Source of the DNA: an uncultured Clostridium sp.
Lineage (GTDB): Bacteria; Bacillota; Clostridia; TANB77; CAG-508
NCBI GenBank assembly: GCA_948468275.1
Contig: CAOKHI010000002.1
Span: 166 to 64,165 of the forward strand
DNA length: 64,000 nt
Reading direction: 5' to 3'
Part shown: positions 20,578-32,787 of the stretch, one piece after another
Layout: every line of letters starts with the position of its first letter
Numbering within the stretch: position 1 is the first letter of the stretch
Translations under genes and position numbers: made by a program
Notes under the pieces: generated by a model
Seen by the model: only the letters and a program-made list of their open reading frames with translations
Databases searched by the model: none
What the model was told of the DNA's origin: nothing

Positions 20578-20859
20578 TTAATATGGGTATCTTTCATATA
20601 GATATTTTATAATAGAATTGACATTATTATTAGTTACATTAATAAATGTGCCTTCATCTATGCTAATCCACATATTTATTTGATATTTATCGTTGTTATC
20701 AATAAATGTACCAATAATTTCTGCTATTTCTATTGGGTTAGTATATTTATTCTCCCATTTTAAATCATTTTGAATTTCAATGTTTTTATCATAAAATTTA
20801 TTTAGAAAGTTTAGTATTTCACCTTTTTTATTACTATATAAATTTACAATTGTATACAT
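20578..20859 (-). CDS. hypothetical protein
   Basis: 93 aa ORF with GGAGA RBS. No motif recognised. Confidence 0.4.
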   Translation of the reverse strand: MYTIVNLYSNKKGEILNFLNKFYDKNIEIQNDLKWENKYTNPIEIAEIIGTFIDNNDKYQINMWISIDEGTFINVTNNNVNSIIKYLYERYPY

Positions 20860-20971
20860 ATAAAAAATCTCCTTTTATTTTAGTATTGTATTTTATTTAT
20901 TTATATATACTTGAGAATAAAAGGTAATTTTTTTGGTAATACTATTAAAAAAGTGTAAAGGTGATTAATAA

Positions 20972-21904
20972 ATGAAAAAAAGATTATTTAGAGATTTAGT
21001 AGTATTACAAATTTTGGCTATTTTAGCAATAACATGTCTTGCAGGATGTAGTAATAATGCTAATGCTAATGATAATGATACTTTAATATCTAAGGTTGAT
21101 AATGAAATGTCATTTCTTGATGTTCAATTAATAGATATGTTAAATGAGCTAAATGGAATATCGTTTACAAATTATATAGTTTCTGCAACAGAAGTAAAAG
21201 AAAGTGAAACAACATCATCTAATTCAAAATCGGAAAGTTCTACAAAGCAAGATTCACAATCAGGAGAAGGAGAAGGGAGCTCTTCATCTGACTCTAGCGA
21301 TTCTAGTTCAGAGGAGAGTGGAGCAAAAGATAAAAAAAGTGCTTCACTAGATTATGGTATGCAAGCAAATGGAGTACTACTAAATAAGCAAGAAATTGAT
21401 TGGAATAATTTGAAGTACGATGTAGAGCAACTGTATACTTCATGGGCTACAATAATTTTAGATTTATATAAATTAAATATTAACAATGATATTATTCTAG
21501 CATTTAGTGCAGAATTAGACACAGTAACAAAAGCAATAAAGGAAGAAAATAAAAAAGAAGCACTAGTCCGAATTGCAAAGCTTTATAGTTATTTACCAAA
21601 ATATGTAGAATCGTATTCAAAAAATAATAAAAAGATAAATGTTTTAAAAACAAAATCTAATATTCTAAATGCATATTCTATTGTAGAGGACAATAGGCAA
21701 GAAGAAGTGAAAAAAGAACTTACTAATGCAGAACAGGCTTTTTTACCAATTATAAACAATATGGAAACAAGTAATATACAATATAATATAAATAAAGCAT
21801 ATATACTAATTAAAGAAATTCAAAATACATTAGATTCAAGTGACAGTGATATATTCTACATTAAATATAAAAATTTAATGGAAGAGTTAAATATAATTCA
21901 ATAA
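20972..21904 (+). CDS. lipoprotein with Ser/Glu-rich linker
   Basis: Signal peptide ending in the lipobox LAGC. Low-complexity SSSDSSDSSSEES linker. Confidence 0.7.
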   Translation: MKKRLFRDLVVLQILAILAITCLAGCSNNANANDNDTLISKVDNEMSFLDVQLIDMLNELNGISFTNYIVSATEVKESETTSSNSKSESSTKQDSQSGEGEGSSSSDSSDSSSEESGAKDKKSASLDYGMQANGVLLNKQEIDWNNLKYDVEQLYTSWATIILDLYKLNINNDIILAFSAELDTVTKAIKEENKKEALVRIAKLYSYLPKYVESYSKNNKKINVLKTKSNILNAYSIVEDNRQEEVKKELTNAEQAFLPIINNMETSNIQYNINKAYILIKEIQNTLDSSDSDIFYIKYKNLMEELNIIQ

Positions 21905-21945
21905 CGAAATTGACTTTTGAAAAAAAAAATATTAAAATATAAAAA

Positions 21946-22291
21946 GAGTAAATTGAATAGTCGCGTGTACAAATCGCAAGGTTGTATATGAGGAAAGTCC
22001 GGGCTCCACAAGAGCAATGATGCTGGATAACGTCCAGTGAAGGAAACTTCAAGGAAAGTGCAACAGAAAATAACCGCCTAATTTTTTAGGTAAGGATGAA
22101 AAGGTGAGGTAAGAGCTCACCGCAGATATGGTGACATATCTGGTCAGTGTAAACCCCATCTGGAGCAACACCTAAGCATGAGAAGGTTAAGATGCTCTTT
22201 CGTCTTCTCAAATTGGTGGCATGAGGTATATAGTAATATATATCCTAGATAAATGACTATTCACGACAGAACCCGGCTTATAGATTTACTT
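21946..22291 (+). ncRNA. rnpB: RNase P RNA (bacterial, Bacillota type)
   Basis: Universal GAGGAAAGTCCGGGCTCC near the 5' end and ACAGAACCCGGCTTA near the 3' end. P1 pairing gtaaat/atttac. GC far above background. Confidence 0.9.
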
Positions 22292-22424
22292 TAAAATATG
22301 ATAATACAAGTAAAGTTCTTTGCTAAAAAATGTAATATATTATTCGATAGTTTTTAAGTATTTTAATCGAATATACTTCTAAAATAATAATCATTTTTTA
22401 GCAAAGGGCTTTACTTATCTATTT

Positions 22425-23300
22425 TTAATATATAATATTAGATAAATCATAAGGCAAAGGTGTTTCAAAATTAAGGGGTAGTTTTGTTATAGGATGTATA
22501 AAAGAAATTTTATATGCATGTAGTGCTTGACGATTTATAAAAATACTTGAATTACCATACAAAGTATCGCCAATTAATGGATGACCTATATATGACATAT
22601 GTACTCGTATTTGATGTGTTCTTCCTGTTTTTAATTCTATATTTAGTATAGACATATTATTTTTTTCTTTTATTACTGTGTAATTTGTAATAGCAATATC
22701 TCCTAAATTATTTACACATCGTTTAATTATACTATTTTCTTCTCTAGCAATAGGAAGATTTATAATGCCACTTTTTTCATTAAAAATACCCTCTACAATA
22801 GCAATGTAATATTTTTTAAATACATTGGATTTCATTTGTCTTACTAGACATTCCTGAATATATTCATTTTTAGCAAAAATTACAAGTCCTGAAGTATTTT
22901 TATCTAATCTATTTACAGGTCTAATTTTCTTTTTTAAATTAATACTGTCAAAATAATATCTAACTCCATTAGATAAACTATTTTCAAAATTATCCATACA
23001 AGGATGAATAGCTAAATTAGGCGGTTTGTTTAGAATAAGCATACAATCATCCTCATATACTATATTCAAATTTATCTTTGTAGGAACAATATTAGAATTA
23101 TCCTCTTCAAAATCTATAAAAACATCAATAATATCTTCTAAATTTACTTTATGATTTAAATAAGTAGTATTATTATTCAAAAAGATTTTGTTATTATTTT
23201 TTAATTTTAACAATAATCTATCAGAAATACAAAATTCTTCTTTTAAAACGTGTTTTAAATTTTGATACTTATTATTTACTATATGATAACACAAATGCAT
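22425..23300 (-). CDS. RluA family pseudouridine synthase
   Basis: S4-like N-terminus. Catalytic motif NRLDKNTSGLVIFAK. TGRTHQIRVH. Confidence 0.88.
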   Translation of the reverse strand: MHLCYHIVNNKYQNLKHVLKEEFCISDRLLLKLKNNNKIFLNNNTTYLNHKVNLEDIIDVFIDFEEDNSNIVPTKINLNIVYEDDCMLILNKPPNLAIHPCMDNFENSLSNGVRYYFDSINLKKKIRPVNRLDKNTSGLVIFAKNEYIQECLVRQMKSNVFKKYYIAIVEGIFNEKSGIINLPIAREENSIIKRCVNNLGDIAITNYTVIKEKNNMSILNIELKTGRTHQIRVHMSYIGHPLIGDTLYGNSSIFINRQALHAYKISFIHPITKLPLNFETPLPYDLSNIIY

Positions 23301-23453
23301 AGCAATCTCCTTAAAATAATATACAATGATTATAACAAATACATCAAATAAGGTAAATATATAATAGCTTTATAGAAAGGAAATTTGGTTAAAAATATTG
23401 TGCTTTTTAAAGATAACATATATAATATAGAAAAATGAATGGAGGAGATAAAA

Positions 23454-24450
<997 letters not shown>

Positions 24451-24611
24451 TATATAATAACAAATAAATGCATTATGCAAACAAATGCACAACAAGTAAA
24501 ATAAAAAATACTTGTTGTGTGTTTTTAAGTTGACAATAAAGAATAATTAGAATAGAATATGGGTACAAATACAAATAGAAAAATAAATAAAAAACGAAAG
24601 GAAAATATTTA

Positions 24612-26015
24612 ATGGAAAAAAGATTAGATTTAGTAAAAAAATGGAATGAAAGGGCAAATAGAGATTTATCAATAAGAAAAAACAAATCACAAAAAGGAAT
24701 AACATTAATAGCATTAGTAATAACAATAATAGTACTATTAATTTTAGCAGGAGTGACGATAAATATATTGTTTGGTGAAAGAGGAATACTAAAAATATCA
24801 GAAGAAGCAGCACTTTCAACAAGAGGAGCAAATGTAAAAGAGCAGGTAGAACTATGGAAAGCAGAAAAACAAACAGACAAAAAAACAGGACACAGTGGCA
24901 ATACAAAAACAGAAAAAGAATTATTAGATGATTTAGAGATAAATCAAAAAATACTAAAAAATGAAGAAAGAAACCAACTAGAAGAACAAAGAACAGTAAC
25001 AATAGGGAATCAAGTTATAACATTAGGAGAATACGAAGAAAATATACCTACAGGAGTATATCCTAAATTGTACTCATATAAAGATGGTAGAGAAGGAAAA
25101 GTATTAGAATTATCTCACGATGTAAATTATATAGACAGTGAGTTGCAGTTAGAAGATGATTATGATAATGTTGATGTGGGGGATATGAAGCCGATTGATG
25201 ATTTTTATCCTGGATATAGTTTTATGAACTATCCATGGATTGAGTCAGAATATCAAGGAGCAGGAGTATGGGTACAATACAATTATGAAATAGTTGAAGT
25301 GAAAATAGTTGATAGGATTTTGCCTAATATTTTGCAAGATTATTTTATTGGATGTGAAAGATTAAAAAATATAGAAGGGCTAAATAATATTGATACTTCA
25401 AACGTAAGTAATATGCAGGGGATGTTTTTAAGATGTAGTAGTCTAACAAATCTAGATATAAGCAATTTTAAAACTGATAATGTTACTAATATGGGGAGTA
25501 TATTTTCAGGATGTAGTAGTCTAACAAATCTAGATATAAGTAATTTTAAAACTGATAATGTTACTAATATGTGGAGTATGTTTTCAGGATGTAGTAGTCT
25601 AACAAATCTAGATGTAAGCAGTTTTAAAACTGATAATGTTACTAGTATGGGGAATATGTTTTCAGGATGTAGTAATCTAACAAATTTAGATGTAAGCAGT
25701 TTTAAAACTGATAATGTTACTTATATGGGGAATATGTTTTCAGGATGTAGTAGTCTAACAAATCTAGATGTAAGCAATTTTAAAACTGATAATGTTACTA
25801 ATATGGAGTATATGTTTTCAGGATGTAGTAGTCTGACAAATCTAGATATAAGCAATTTTAAAACTGATAATGTTACTAATATGAGCTATATGTTTTCAGG
25901 ATGTAAAAATTTAATAAAGATATATGTAAATCCATTAACATGGGTAACTGGTCAAGCTAATACAGATAACATGTTTAATGAATGTGGTACAAGTGAGGTA
26001 ACATATAAGGAGTAA
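24612..26015 (+). CDS. surface protein: prepilin-like N-terminal segment + BspA/DUF285-type leucine-rich repeats
   Basis: KGITLIALVITIIVLLILAG after a 28 aa leader. Seven 25 aa units NMxxMFSGCSSLTNLDxSNFKTDNVT. Confidence 0.75.
   Translation: MEKRLDLVKKWNERANRDLSIRKNKSQKGITLIALVITIIVLLILAGVTINILFGERGILKISEEAALSTRGANVKEQVELWKAEKQTDKKTGHSGNTKTEKELLDDLEINQKILKNEERNQLEEQRTVTIGNQVITLGEYEENIPTGVYPKLYSYKDGREGKVLELSHDVNYIDSELQLEDDYDNVDVGDMKPIDDFYPGYSFMNYPWIESEYQGAGVWVQYNYEIVEVKIVDRILPNILQDYFIGCERLKNIEGLNNIDTSNVSNMQGMFLRCSSLTNLDISNFKTDNVTNMGSIFSGCSSLTNLDISNFKTDNVTNMWSMFSGCSSLTNLDVSSFKTDNVTSMGNMFSGCSNLTNLDVSSFKTDNVTYMGNMFSGCSSLTNLDVSNFKTDNVTNMEYMFSGCSSLTNLDISNFKTDNVTNMSYMFSGCKNLIKIYVNPLTWVTGQANTDNMFNECGTSEVTYKE
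25404..25910 (+). repeat. 75 bp in-frame tandem repeats (LRR units)
   Basis: About 7 near-identical 75 bp units (…ggatgtagtagtctaacaaatctagat…tttaaaactgataatgttactaatatg…). Confidence 0.9.
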
Positions 26016-26123
26016 AATTTATAATAAGTTAAAATGATTGTATATGTAAATATATGATCATTTTTTTGTATAAGTATAGACATAGTAGAATGTAGCAATA
26101 TTATGACATTATGGTTAAGTGGG

Positions 26124-26175
26124 AATAGTTTTGTATATAAAAATTTTAAAAGAGATTGATATATACAAAACTATT
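26124..26175. repeat. perfect 16 bp inverted repeat upstream of ackA
   Basis: aatagttttgtatata (26124-26139) / tatatacaaaactatt (26160-26175), 20 nt loop. Confidence 0.7.
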
Positions 26176-26273
26176 AAGTACTAATGCATTATAAAAAGTT
26201 AGTGAAAAAAGTACTAGAATTACTTGCATATGTATGGTATAATAATAATAATTTTTTATAGGGGAGGTAACTA

Positions 26274-27461
26274 ATGAAGATATTAGTATTAAATTGTGGA
26301 AGTTCATCACTTAAGTATCAGTTAGTAGATATGGAAACAGAAAATGTATTAGCTCAGGGAAAGTATGAAAGAATTGGAGAAGATGAAGCTTTTATTACTC
26401 ATAAGGTTGATGGTAGAAAAATAGAGATAGTATATCCAGCCAAAACACATGAAGAAGCTGTAGATTTTACTTTGAAACAATTGGTAAATCCAGAATATAA
26501 GGTAATAGATAGTTTAGATGAAATTAATGCTGTTGGACATAGATTAGTTCATGGTGGAGAAAAAATTACAAGTTCAGTTGTTATTGATGATGGTGTAGTA
26601 GATATTTTAAAACAATGTACAGACTTAGCACCATTGCATAATCCAGCAGGAATTATTGGTATAGAAGCATGTAAAAAAGTAATGCCAGGTAAACCAATGG
26701 TTGGTGTGTTTGATACTGCATTTCATCAAACAATGCCAAAAGAAAGATACCTATATCCTATTCCATATGAATATTACGAAAAATACGGTGTAAGAAAATA
26801 TGGATTTCATGGAACATCTCATATGTATGTATCAAACAGACTTGCTGAAATTGAAAATACTCCAATAGAAAACTTAAAAATAGTTACATGTCATTTAGGA
26901 CAAGGATCTAGCATATGTGCTGTTCAAGCAGGAAAATCTGTTGAAACAAGTATGGGACTTACTCCTCTTGCTGGAATCCCTATGGTAACAAGAAGTGGAG
27001 ATTTAGATCCTTCTGTTGTTACATTTTTAATGAAAAAAGAAAATAAAACTGCTCAAGAAATTGAGGATATATTAAATAAAAAGTCAGGAGTACAAGGTCT
27101 ATCTGGACTTGCACCAGATTTTAGAGTTATTGAAGAAGAATCTGTAAATGGAAATGAACGTGCAAAAATTGCTATGGATACTTTTAAATATACAGTTGCC
27201 CAATATATAGCAAGATATGCAGTTAGTATGAATGGAATTGATGCGATAGTATTTACAGGTGGTGTTGGAGAAAACCAAATAAATATACGAAAAGGTATAT
27301 GTGAACAATTATCTTTTATGGGAGTAGAAATAGATGTAGATAAAAACAATATAAGAAGTGAAGAAAAACTAGTTTCTAAAGATTCTTCAAAAGTTAAAAT
27401 ATATGTAATTCCAACAAATGAAGAATTAATGATAGCAAAAGAAACTTTGAGATTAATTTAA
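26274..27461 (+). CDS. ackA: acetate kinase
   Basis: MKILVLNCGSSSLKYQL, HRLVHGG, GFHGTSH, TGGVGEN motifs. Confidence 0.93.
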   Translation: MKILVLNCGSSSLKYQLVDMETENVLAQGKYERIGEDEAFITHKVDGRKIEIVYPAKTHEEAVDFTLKQLVNPEYKVIDSLDEINAVGHRLVHGGEKITSSVVIDDGVVDILKQCTDLAPLHNPAGIIGIEACKKVMPGKPMVGVFDTAFHQTMPKERYLYPIPYEYYEKYGVRKYGFHGTSHMYVSNRLAEIENTPIENLKIVTCHLGQGSSICAVQAGKSVETSMGLTPLAGIPMVTRSGDLDPSVVTFLMKKENKTAQEIEDILNKKSGVQGLSGLAPDFRVIEEESVNGNERAKIAMDTFKYTVAQYIARYAVSMNGIDAIVFTGGVGENQINIRKGICEQLSFMGVEIDVDKNNIRSEEKLVSKDSSKVKIYVIPTNEELMIAKETLRLI

Positions 27462-27540
27462 AAATTGAAGGTTAGAAGTTACTTATATATTTTTTAGTTT
27501 CTAACTTGAAATAAATAATATAATAATAGGGGGAATTTAT

Positions 27541-29049
27541 ATGGCAAAAATTTTAGAAGATATTTCAAGAACATTTAATGAATTTTTATTGTTACCAAAT
27601 TTAACAACAGAACAATGTATACCTAGTAATGTATCTTTAAAAACACCACTTGTAAAATTTAAGAAAGGTGAAGAACCAAAATATTCAGCTAATATACCTA
27701 TGGTATCTGCTATAATGCAATCTGTTTCAGGTGAAGAAATGGGAATTGGTCTTGCTCGTGAAGGTGGAGTAGCATTTATATATGGAGCACAATCTATTGA
27801 AGCACAAGCAGAAATGGTTTACCATGTAAAAAAACATAAAGCTGGTTTTGTAATTAGTGATTCAAATGTAAAAAGTGGAACATCTTTAAGAGAAGTTATA
27901 GCGTTAGTAGAAGAAACAGGACATTCAACAGTTATTGTTACAGATGATGGCACAGCTAATGGCAAATTTTTAGGGATAGTTACTGATAAAGATTATAGAA
28001 TTACAAGGGACAATCAAGATGAACCAATTGATAATTTTATGACTAAAGCTGATAAGGTCGTTTGTGCTAAAAAGGGTATAACTTTATCAGAAGCAAATGA
28101 TATAATATGGGAAAATAAAATAAATTGTTTGCCAATATTATCAGAAGAAGGAAATTTAAAATATTTAGTATTTAGAAGAGATTATGAAGAAAGAAAAAAT
28201 AATCCAAATTCTTTATTAGATGAAAATAAGAGATACATTGTTGGGGCTGGTATAAATACTAGGGATTATGAACAACGAATACCTGCTTTAGTTGAAGCTG
28301 GTGTTGATATGGTGTGTATGGATTCTTCTGATGGATATTCTGTATGGCAAAAAAGAACTATCGATTTTGTAAGAGAAAAATATGGAGATAGTGTTAAAAT
28401 TGGTGCAGGAAATGTAGTAGATAAAGAAGGATTTAGATATTTGGCACAAGCAGGAGCAGACTTTATAAAAGTTGGTGTTGGTGGAGGTTCAATATGTATT
28501 ACTAGAGAAACTAAAGGTATTGGACGAGGACAAGCAAGTGCACTAATAGATGTAGTTACTGCACGTGATGAGTATTTTGAGGAAACAGGCATATATATTC
28601 CTGTTTGTTCTGATGGAGGAATTGTACATGATCATCATATAACAATAGCTTTAGCATTAGGTGCAGATTTTGTTATGATGGGAAGATATTTTGCAAGATT
28701 TGATGAAAGTCCAACAAGATTATTAAAAGTAGGAAACAATTATGTAAAAGAATATTGGGGAGAAGGATCAAATAGAGCAAGAAACTGGCAAAGATATGAT
28801 TTAGGAGGAGATAAAAACAAGTTATCTTTTGAAGAAGGTGTTGATTCATATGTACCATATGCAGGATCTTTAAAGGACAATTTAGCTGTAACAGTTTCTA
28901 AAATAAAATCTACTATGTGTAATTGTGGTGCAACAACTATTCCAGAATTACATGAAAAAGCAAGACTAACCCTAGTATCTGAAATAAGCATAACAGAAGG
29001 TAGTGCACATGATGTTATGTTAAAAGAGATTGATAAGAGTTATAAGTAA
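27541..29049 (+). CDS. guaB: IMP dehydrogenase family protein
   Basis: TIM-barrel with inserted CBS pair, [10 protein letters not shown] catalytic-loop motif, 502 aa. Confidence 0.75.
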   Translation: MAKILEDISRTFNEFLLLPNLTTEQCIPSNVSLKTPLVKFKKGEEPKYSANIPMVSAIMQSVSGEEMGIGLAREGGVAFIYGAQSIEAQAEMVYHVKKHKAGFVISDSNVKSGTSLREVIALVEETGHSTVIVTDDGTANGKFLGIVTDKDYRITRDNQDEPIDNFMTKADKVVCAKKGITLSEANDIIWENKINCLPILSEEGNLKYLVFRRDYEERKNNPNSLLDENKRYIVGAGINTRDYEQRIPALVEAGVDMVCMDSSDGYSVWQKRTIDFVREKYGDSVKIGAGNVVDKEGFRYLAQAGADFIKVGVGGGSICITRETKGIGRGQASALIDVVTARDEYFEETGIYIPVCSDGGIVHDHHITIALALGADFVMMGRYFARFDESPTRLLKVGNNYVKEYWGEGSNRARNWQRYDLGGDKNKLSFEEGVDSYVPYAGSLKDNLAVTVSKIKSTMCNCGATTIPELHEKARLTLVSEISITEGSAHDVMLKEIDKSYK

Positions 29050-29141
29050 AATATACACCCTTTTATTGACATATTTTGTCGAATAATATATTATATTGGC
29101 AGGAATATTATTGCTATATTATAATATATTAAAATAAAAGG

Positions 29142-30134
29142 GTGATTATTTTGAATATAAAGTTTGTTAACAAAAAAAGATTTATTGCATGTATAGTTCT
29201 AATATTTGTTTTAATAGCATTATCTTCTGTGGTAGTTTTTGCTACTTTACAAGAAAAGCAGACAGTACTAACAGCTTCAAATGTTGATGATGAAACTATA
29301 AAGTTATATATATATGACAAATATGAAGAATTAAATTATAAGGATGTAGATGTTGCATATGGTTCATTAAAAACAGATAATACATCAAAAAATGAAACAA
29401 AAAAAACAGATGCTGAATCAAATAAAACAGTAACAAAAGATAATAAAAGTACAAATGTAAAAACAAATACAGCTAAAAGAGGACTTCCCATATTGATGTA
29501 CCATTTTTTCTATAATGCAAAAGCAGGTGAAAAGGGTGCAGATAATAATTGGATGGAAATTTCAGCATTTGAACAACAAATGAAATATTTAGCAGATAAT
29601 AACTTTTATTTTCCATCTTGGGATGAAGTAGAAAGCTATATTGATGGAAAAAAGAGCTTACCTGAAAAAAGTGTTGTAATAACTATTGATGATGGAGATG
29701 AAACTTTTATTAAACTTGCCATACCTATAATCAAAAAATATAATGTTAAGGCAACCTCATTTGTTGTAACAAGTTGGAATGGTGATTGGTTACCAAAACA
29801 ATATAAATCTAATAAATTAGATTTTCAGTCGCATTCACATGATATGCATAGACCTGGTGCGAATGGAAAAGGTAGATTTGTTAATTTAAGTTACAAAGAA
29901 GCATTAGAAGATGTAAAAAAATCTAAAAACATTATAGGCAATTGTACTGTATTTTGTTATCCATTTGGACATTATAATGATACAGCAGTGAAAGTATTAA
30001 AAGATGCAGGATATAGACTTGCTGTTACTACTAATGGAGGTAGAGTATATCCAGGACAAAATAAATATCAATTACCACGTGTACGTATATCAAAAGGAAT
30101 AAGCATGTCTGCTTTTAAGGATGCTGTAAAATAG
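29142..30134 (+). CDS. polysaccharide deacetylase family protein
   Basis: N-terminal TM anchor. NodB-type motifs ITIDDGD and HSHDMH. The start could be TTG 29151. Confidence 0.75.
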   Translation: MIILNIKFVNKKRFIACIVLIFVLIALSSVVVFATLQEKQTVLTASNVDDETIKLYIYDKYEELNYKDVDVAYGSLKTDNTSKNETKKTDAESNKTVTKDNKSTNVKTNTAKRGLPILMYHFFYNAKAGEKGADNNWMEISAFEQQMKYLADNNFYFPSWDEVESYIDGKKSLPEKSVVITIDDGDETFIKLAIPIIKKYNVKATSFVVTSWNGDWLPKQYKSNKLDFQSHSHDMHRPGANGKGRFVNLSYKEALEDVKKSKNIIGNCTVFCYPFGHYNDTAVKVLKDAGYRLAVTTNGGRVYPGQNKYQLPRVRISKGISMSAFKDAVK

Positions 30135-30232
30135 TTGCAAGGATACATAAAGTAGTGTATAATATAAATATAGAAACTGCAAAATAGTTTGACTGTTTTT
30201 ATAGTCAAGCAAACTTTTAAGGAGGATGCATT

Positions 30233-30421
30233 ATGATTAACGTGTGCAAAGAACAAGTTGTAAATGGAATATTAACTAAGCTTCGGCTAGGAGTAATTCA
30301 GCCAATTCCAGAGCGTATACAAGCAGCGCTTAGCTTCTATGTATTTATTCGAAAAGAAGAGGCAATATCCATGACAGAGTTAATTCTTAAAAGGTACAAT
30401 GAAGAAAAAAGTCGCATTTAG
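30233..30421 (+). CDS. hypothetical protein
   Basis: 62 aa, AAGGAGG RBS, GC above background. Ends in the hairpin gaagaaaaaagtcgc/gcgacttttttcttc. Confidence 0.4.
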   Translation: MINVCKEQVVNGILTKLRLGVIQPIPERIQAALSFYVFIRKEEAISMTELILKRYNEEKSRI

Positions 30422-30449
30422 CGACTTTTTTCTTCATTGTTACAATTGA

Positions 30450-31988
30450 TTATTCCCATTCAATTGTAGCAGGTGGTTTTCCTGTTATATCATATACAAC
30501 TCTATTTACATGAGAAACTTCATTAACAATTCTAGAAGATACTTTTTCTAATATTTCATAAGGAATTCTAGCCCAAATAGCTGTCATAAAATCAGAGGTA
30601 CTAACAGCACGTAGTGCAATTGTATAGTCATATGTTCTATCATCTCCCATAACACCAACACTTTTTAAGTTAGTTAGTACTGCAAAATATTGGTTAATGT
30701 CTTTATCTAATCTAGCTAGCTTTATTTCTTCTCTAAAAATTGCATCTGCATCTTTTAGTATTGTTAGTTTATCATCTGTAATATCTCCAATAACTCTTAT
30801 AGCAAGTCCAGGTCCAGGGAATGGTTGTCTGTACACTAAATTTTCTGGAATACCTAATTCAAGTCCTGTTTTTCTAACTTCATCTTTGAATAAATCTCTT
30901 AATGGTTCTACTATTTCTTTAAAATCTACATAGTCAGGTAATCCTCCTACATTGTGATGACTTTTTATTGTAGTACCTTTTCCTAAACCACTTTCTATAA
31001 CATCAGGGTAAATTGTTCCTTGGACTAAATAATCTACTGTACCTATTTTTTTAGCTTCTTCTTCAAATACACGAATAAATTCTTCACCAATTATTTTTCT
31101 TTTTGTTTCTGGATCTGTAACACCTGCAAGTTTTTCTAAAAATCTATCTTTAGCATTAACTCTAATTAAATTAATATCAAATTGATTTCTAAATATATCC
31201 TCAACTTCATCACCTTCATTTTTACGAAGAAGTCCATGGTCTACAAATATGCAAGTTAAATTTTTACCAATTGCTTTATGCAATAGTACAGCTGCAACTG
31301 AAGAGTCAACTCCTCCTGATAGAGCGCATAAAGCTTTTTTATCTCCAATTTTTTCTTTTAATGTATTTATAGTTTCGTTAACAAATGAAGACATCTTCCA
31401 ATCTCCAGTACAATCACAAATATTATATAAAAAGTTTTTAATTATATTTGTACCATTAACAGTATTATTAACTTCAGGGTGAAATTGGATACCATATAAT
31501 TTCTTTTTAGAATTTTCCATGGCAGCAGTAGGACAATTAGAAGTCTTACCTATTATTTTAAAACCTTCTGGAACATTAGATACATAATCTGTATGACTCA
31601 TTAGGCAATCATTTGTATTATTAAAATTGGTAAAAAGTAAAGAAGAGTTATCGATTTCAACTGGTAATACACCATATTCACGAGTAGAGGCTCTAGTTAC
31701 ATTTCCACCTAAAATATGTGTCATAATTTGCATACCATAGCAAATTCCTAAAATTGGAATACCCAATTCAAAAATCTTTTCATCACACATTTTAGCATCT
31801 TCTACATATACACTAGATGGACCTCCTGTAAAAATTATTCCTTTAGGATTTTTTTCTTTAATTTTCTCTATTGAAATATCATAAGGTACAATTTCGCAAT
31901 AAACGTTACACTCTCTAACTCTTCTTGCAATTAACTGATTATATTGACCAAAAAAATCTAGTATTAAAACTAATTCATTATTCTTCAC
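30450..31988 (-). CDS. guaA: GMP synthase (glutamine-hydrolysing)
   Basis: GATase domain (GICYGMQ, HPE), ATP-PPase SGGVDSS, C-terminus ...PPATIEWE. Confidence 0.95.
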   Translation of the reverse strand: MKNNELVLILDFFGQYNQLIARRVRECNVYCEIVPYDISIEKIKEKNPKGIIFTGGPSSVYVEDAKMCDEKIFELGIPILGICYGMQIMTHILGGNVTRASTREYGVLPVEIDNSSLLFTNFNNTNDCLMSHTDYVSNVPEGFKIIGKTSNCPTAAMENSKKKLYGIQFHPEVNNTVNGTNIIKNFLYNICDCTGDWKMSSFVNETINTLKEKIGDKKALCALSGGVDSSVAAVLLHKAIGKNLTCIFVDHGLLRKNEGDEVEDIFRNQFDINLIRVNAKDRFLEKLAGVTDPETKRKIIGEEFIRVFEEEAKKIGTVDYLVQGTIYPDVIESGLGKGTTIKSHHNVGGLPDYVDFKEIVEPLRDLFKDEVRKTGLELGIPENLVYRQPFPGPGLAIRVIGDITDDKLTILKDADAIFREEIKLARLDKDINQYFAVLTNLKSVGVMGDDRTYDYTIALRAVSTSDFMTAIWARIPYEILEKVSSRIVNEVSHVNRVVYDITGKPPATIEWE

Positions 31989-32068
31989 AATAAATCCCCC
32001 TATACAACAAATTTGTATACATTATAACATAATTTGATAATGTTGTATAGAAGGATTTTTCATTATAT

Positions 32069-32656
32069 TCATAATAATATAGGCTGAATTTGCTCTTTAT
32101 CTAATGCCAATTCTAATGTTTTTACTATATATTCTGGATCAAACACTAGTGAACGTGGTTTTGTTATTGGGTTATCTTGCCTAAATGGAACAAAAAAATA
32201 ATTATGCCTATTTAGCAATGTACCAATATTTGATGCATTTCCACTTAGTGCATCATTTGTAGATACAGCAATTACTAAAGCATTATTATTTCTTAAATGA
32301 GATTTTGCAGCCATTGTTGCAGGTGTATCTGTTATACCATTTACAAGTTTTGCAATTGTATTTCCAGTACATGGGGCAATTATCATTATATCAGTCATTT
32401 TCTTCGGTCCAATAGGCTCTGCATCAGGTATAGTATGAATTATTTTATTACCTGTAATATCTTCTATTTCTTTTATAAAATCATTTGCTTTTCCAAATTT
32501 TGTATCAAGATTATAAGCATTAAAAGACATTATAGGAACTATACTCGCACCATTTTCTATTATTTTTTTCATTTGGGGAATAGTAGATTTAAATGTACAA
32601 AAAGAACCTGTCATGACAAATCCAACTTTTTTTCCTTCTAATTTCAAAATAAACAC
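32069..32656 (-). CDS. dpaB: dipicolinate synthase subunit B-like flavoprotein
   Basis: 195 aa. GSFCT, IAPCTGNTIAKL, STNDAL and C-terminal QPIL. Colinear with SpoVFB as I recall it. Confidence 0.65.
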   Translation of the reverse strand: MFILKLEGKKVGFVMTGSFCTFKSTIPQMKKIIENGASIVPIMSFNAYNLDTKFGKANDFIKEIEDITGNKIIHTIPDAEPIGPKKMTDIMIIAPCTGNTIAKLVNGITDTPATMAAKSHLRNNNALVIAVSTNDALSGNASNIGTLLNRHNYFFVPFRQDNPITKPRSLVFDPEYIVKTLELALDKEQIQPILL

Positions 32657-32787
32657 TCCCTTCTTTTGTTATTTATATATAATATGTAAAGTTAAAAAAA
32701 TTGCTACTAAATAAAGTACTTAAAAAATGCTAGAAATTAAGGTATAAATATGCTAAAATAAATACATTAAAACTAATAGGAGGGAAT

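Noticed and set aside
25404-25910. Regular 75 bp repeats considered as a possible CRISPR-like array. The same was considered for the roughly 216 bp periodicity at 8240-12300.
   Set aside because: The repeats are contiguous with no unique spacers. They are in frame and translate into LRR units and HTH modules, so they are protein-coding.
31989-32068. Purine riboswitch expected upstream of guaA.
   Set aside because: Only 80 nt separate guaA from the upstream gene, and no purine-riboswitch-like three-way junction sequence is visible.
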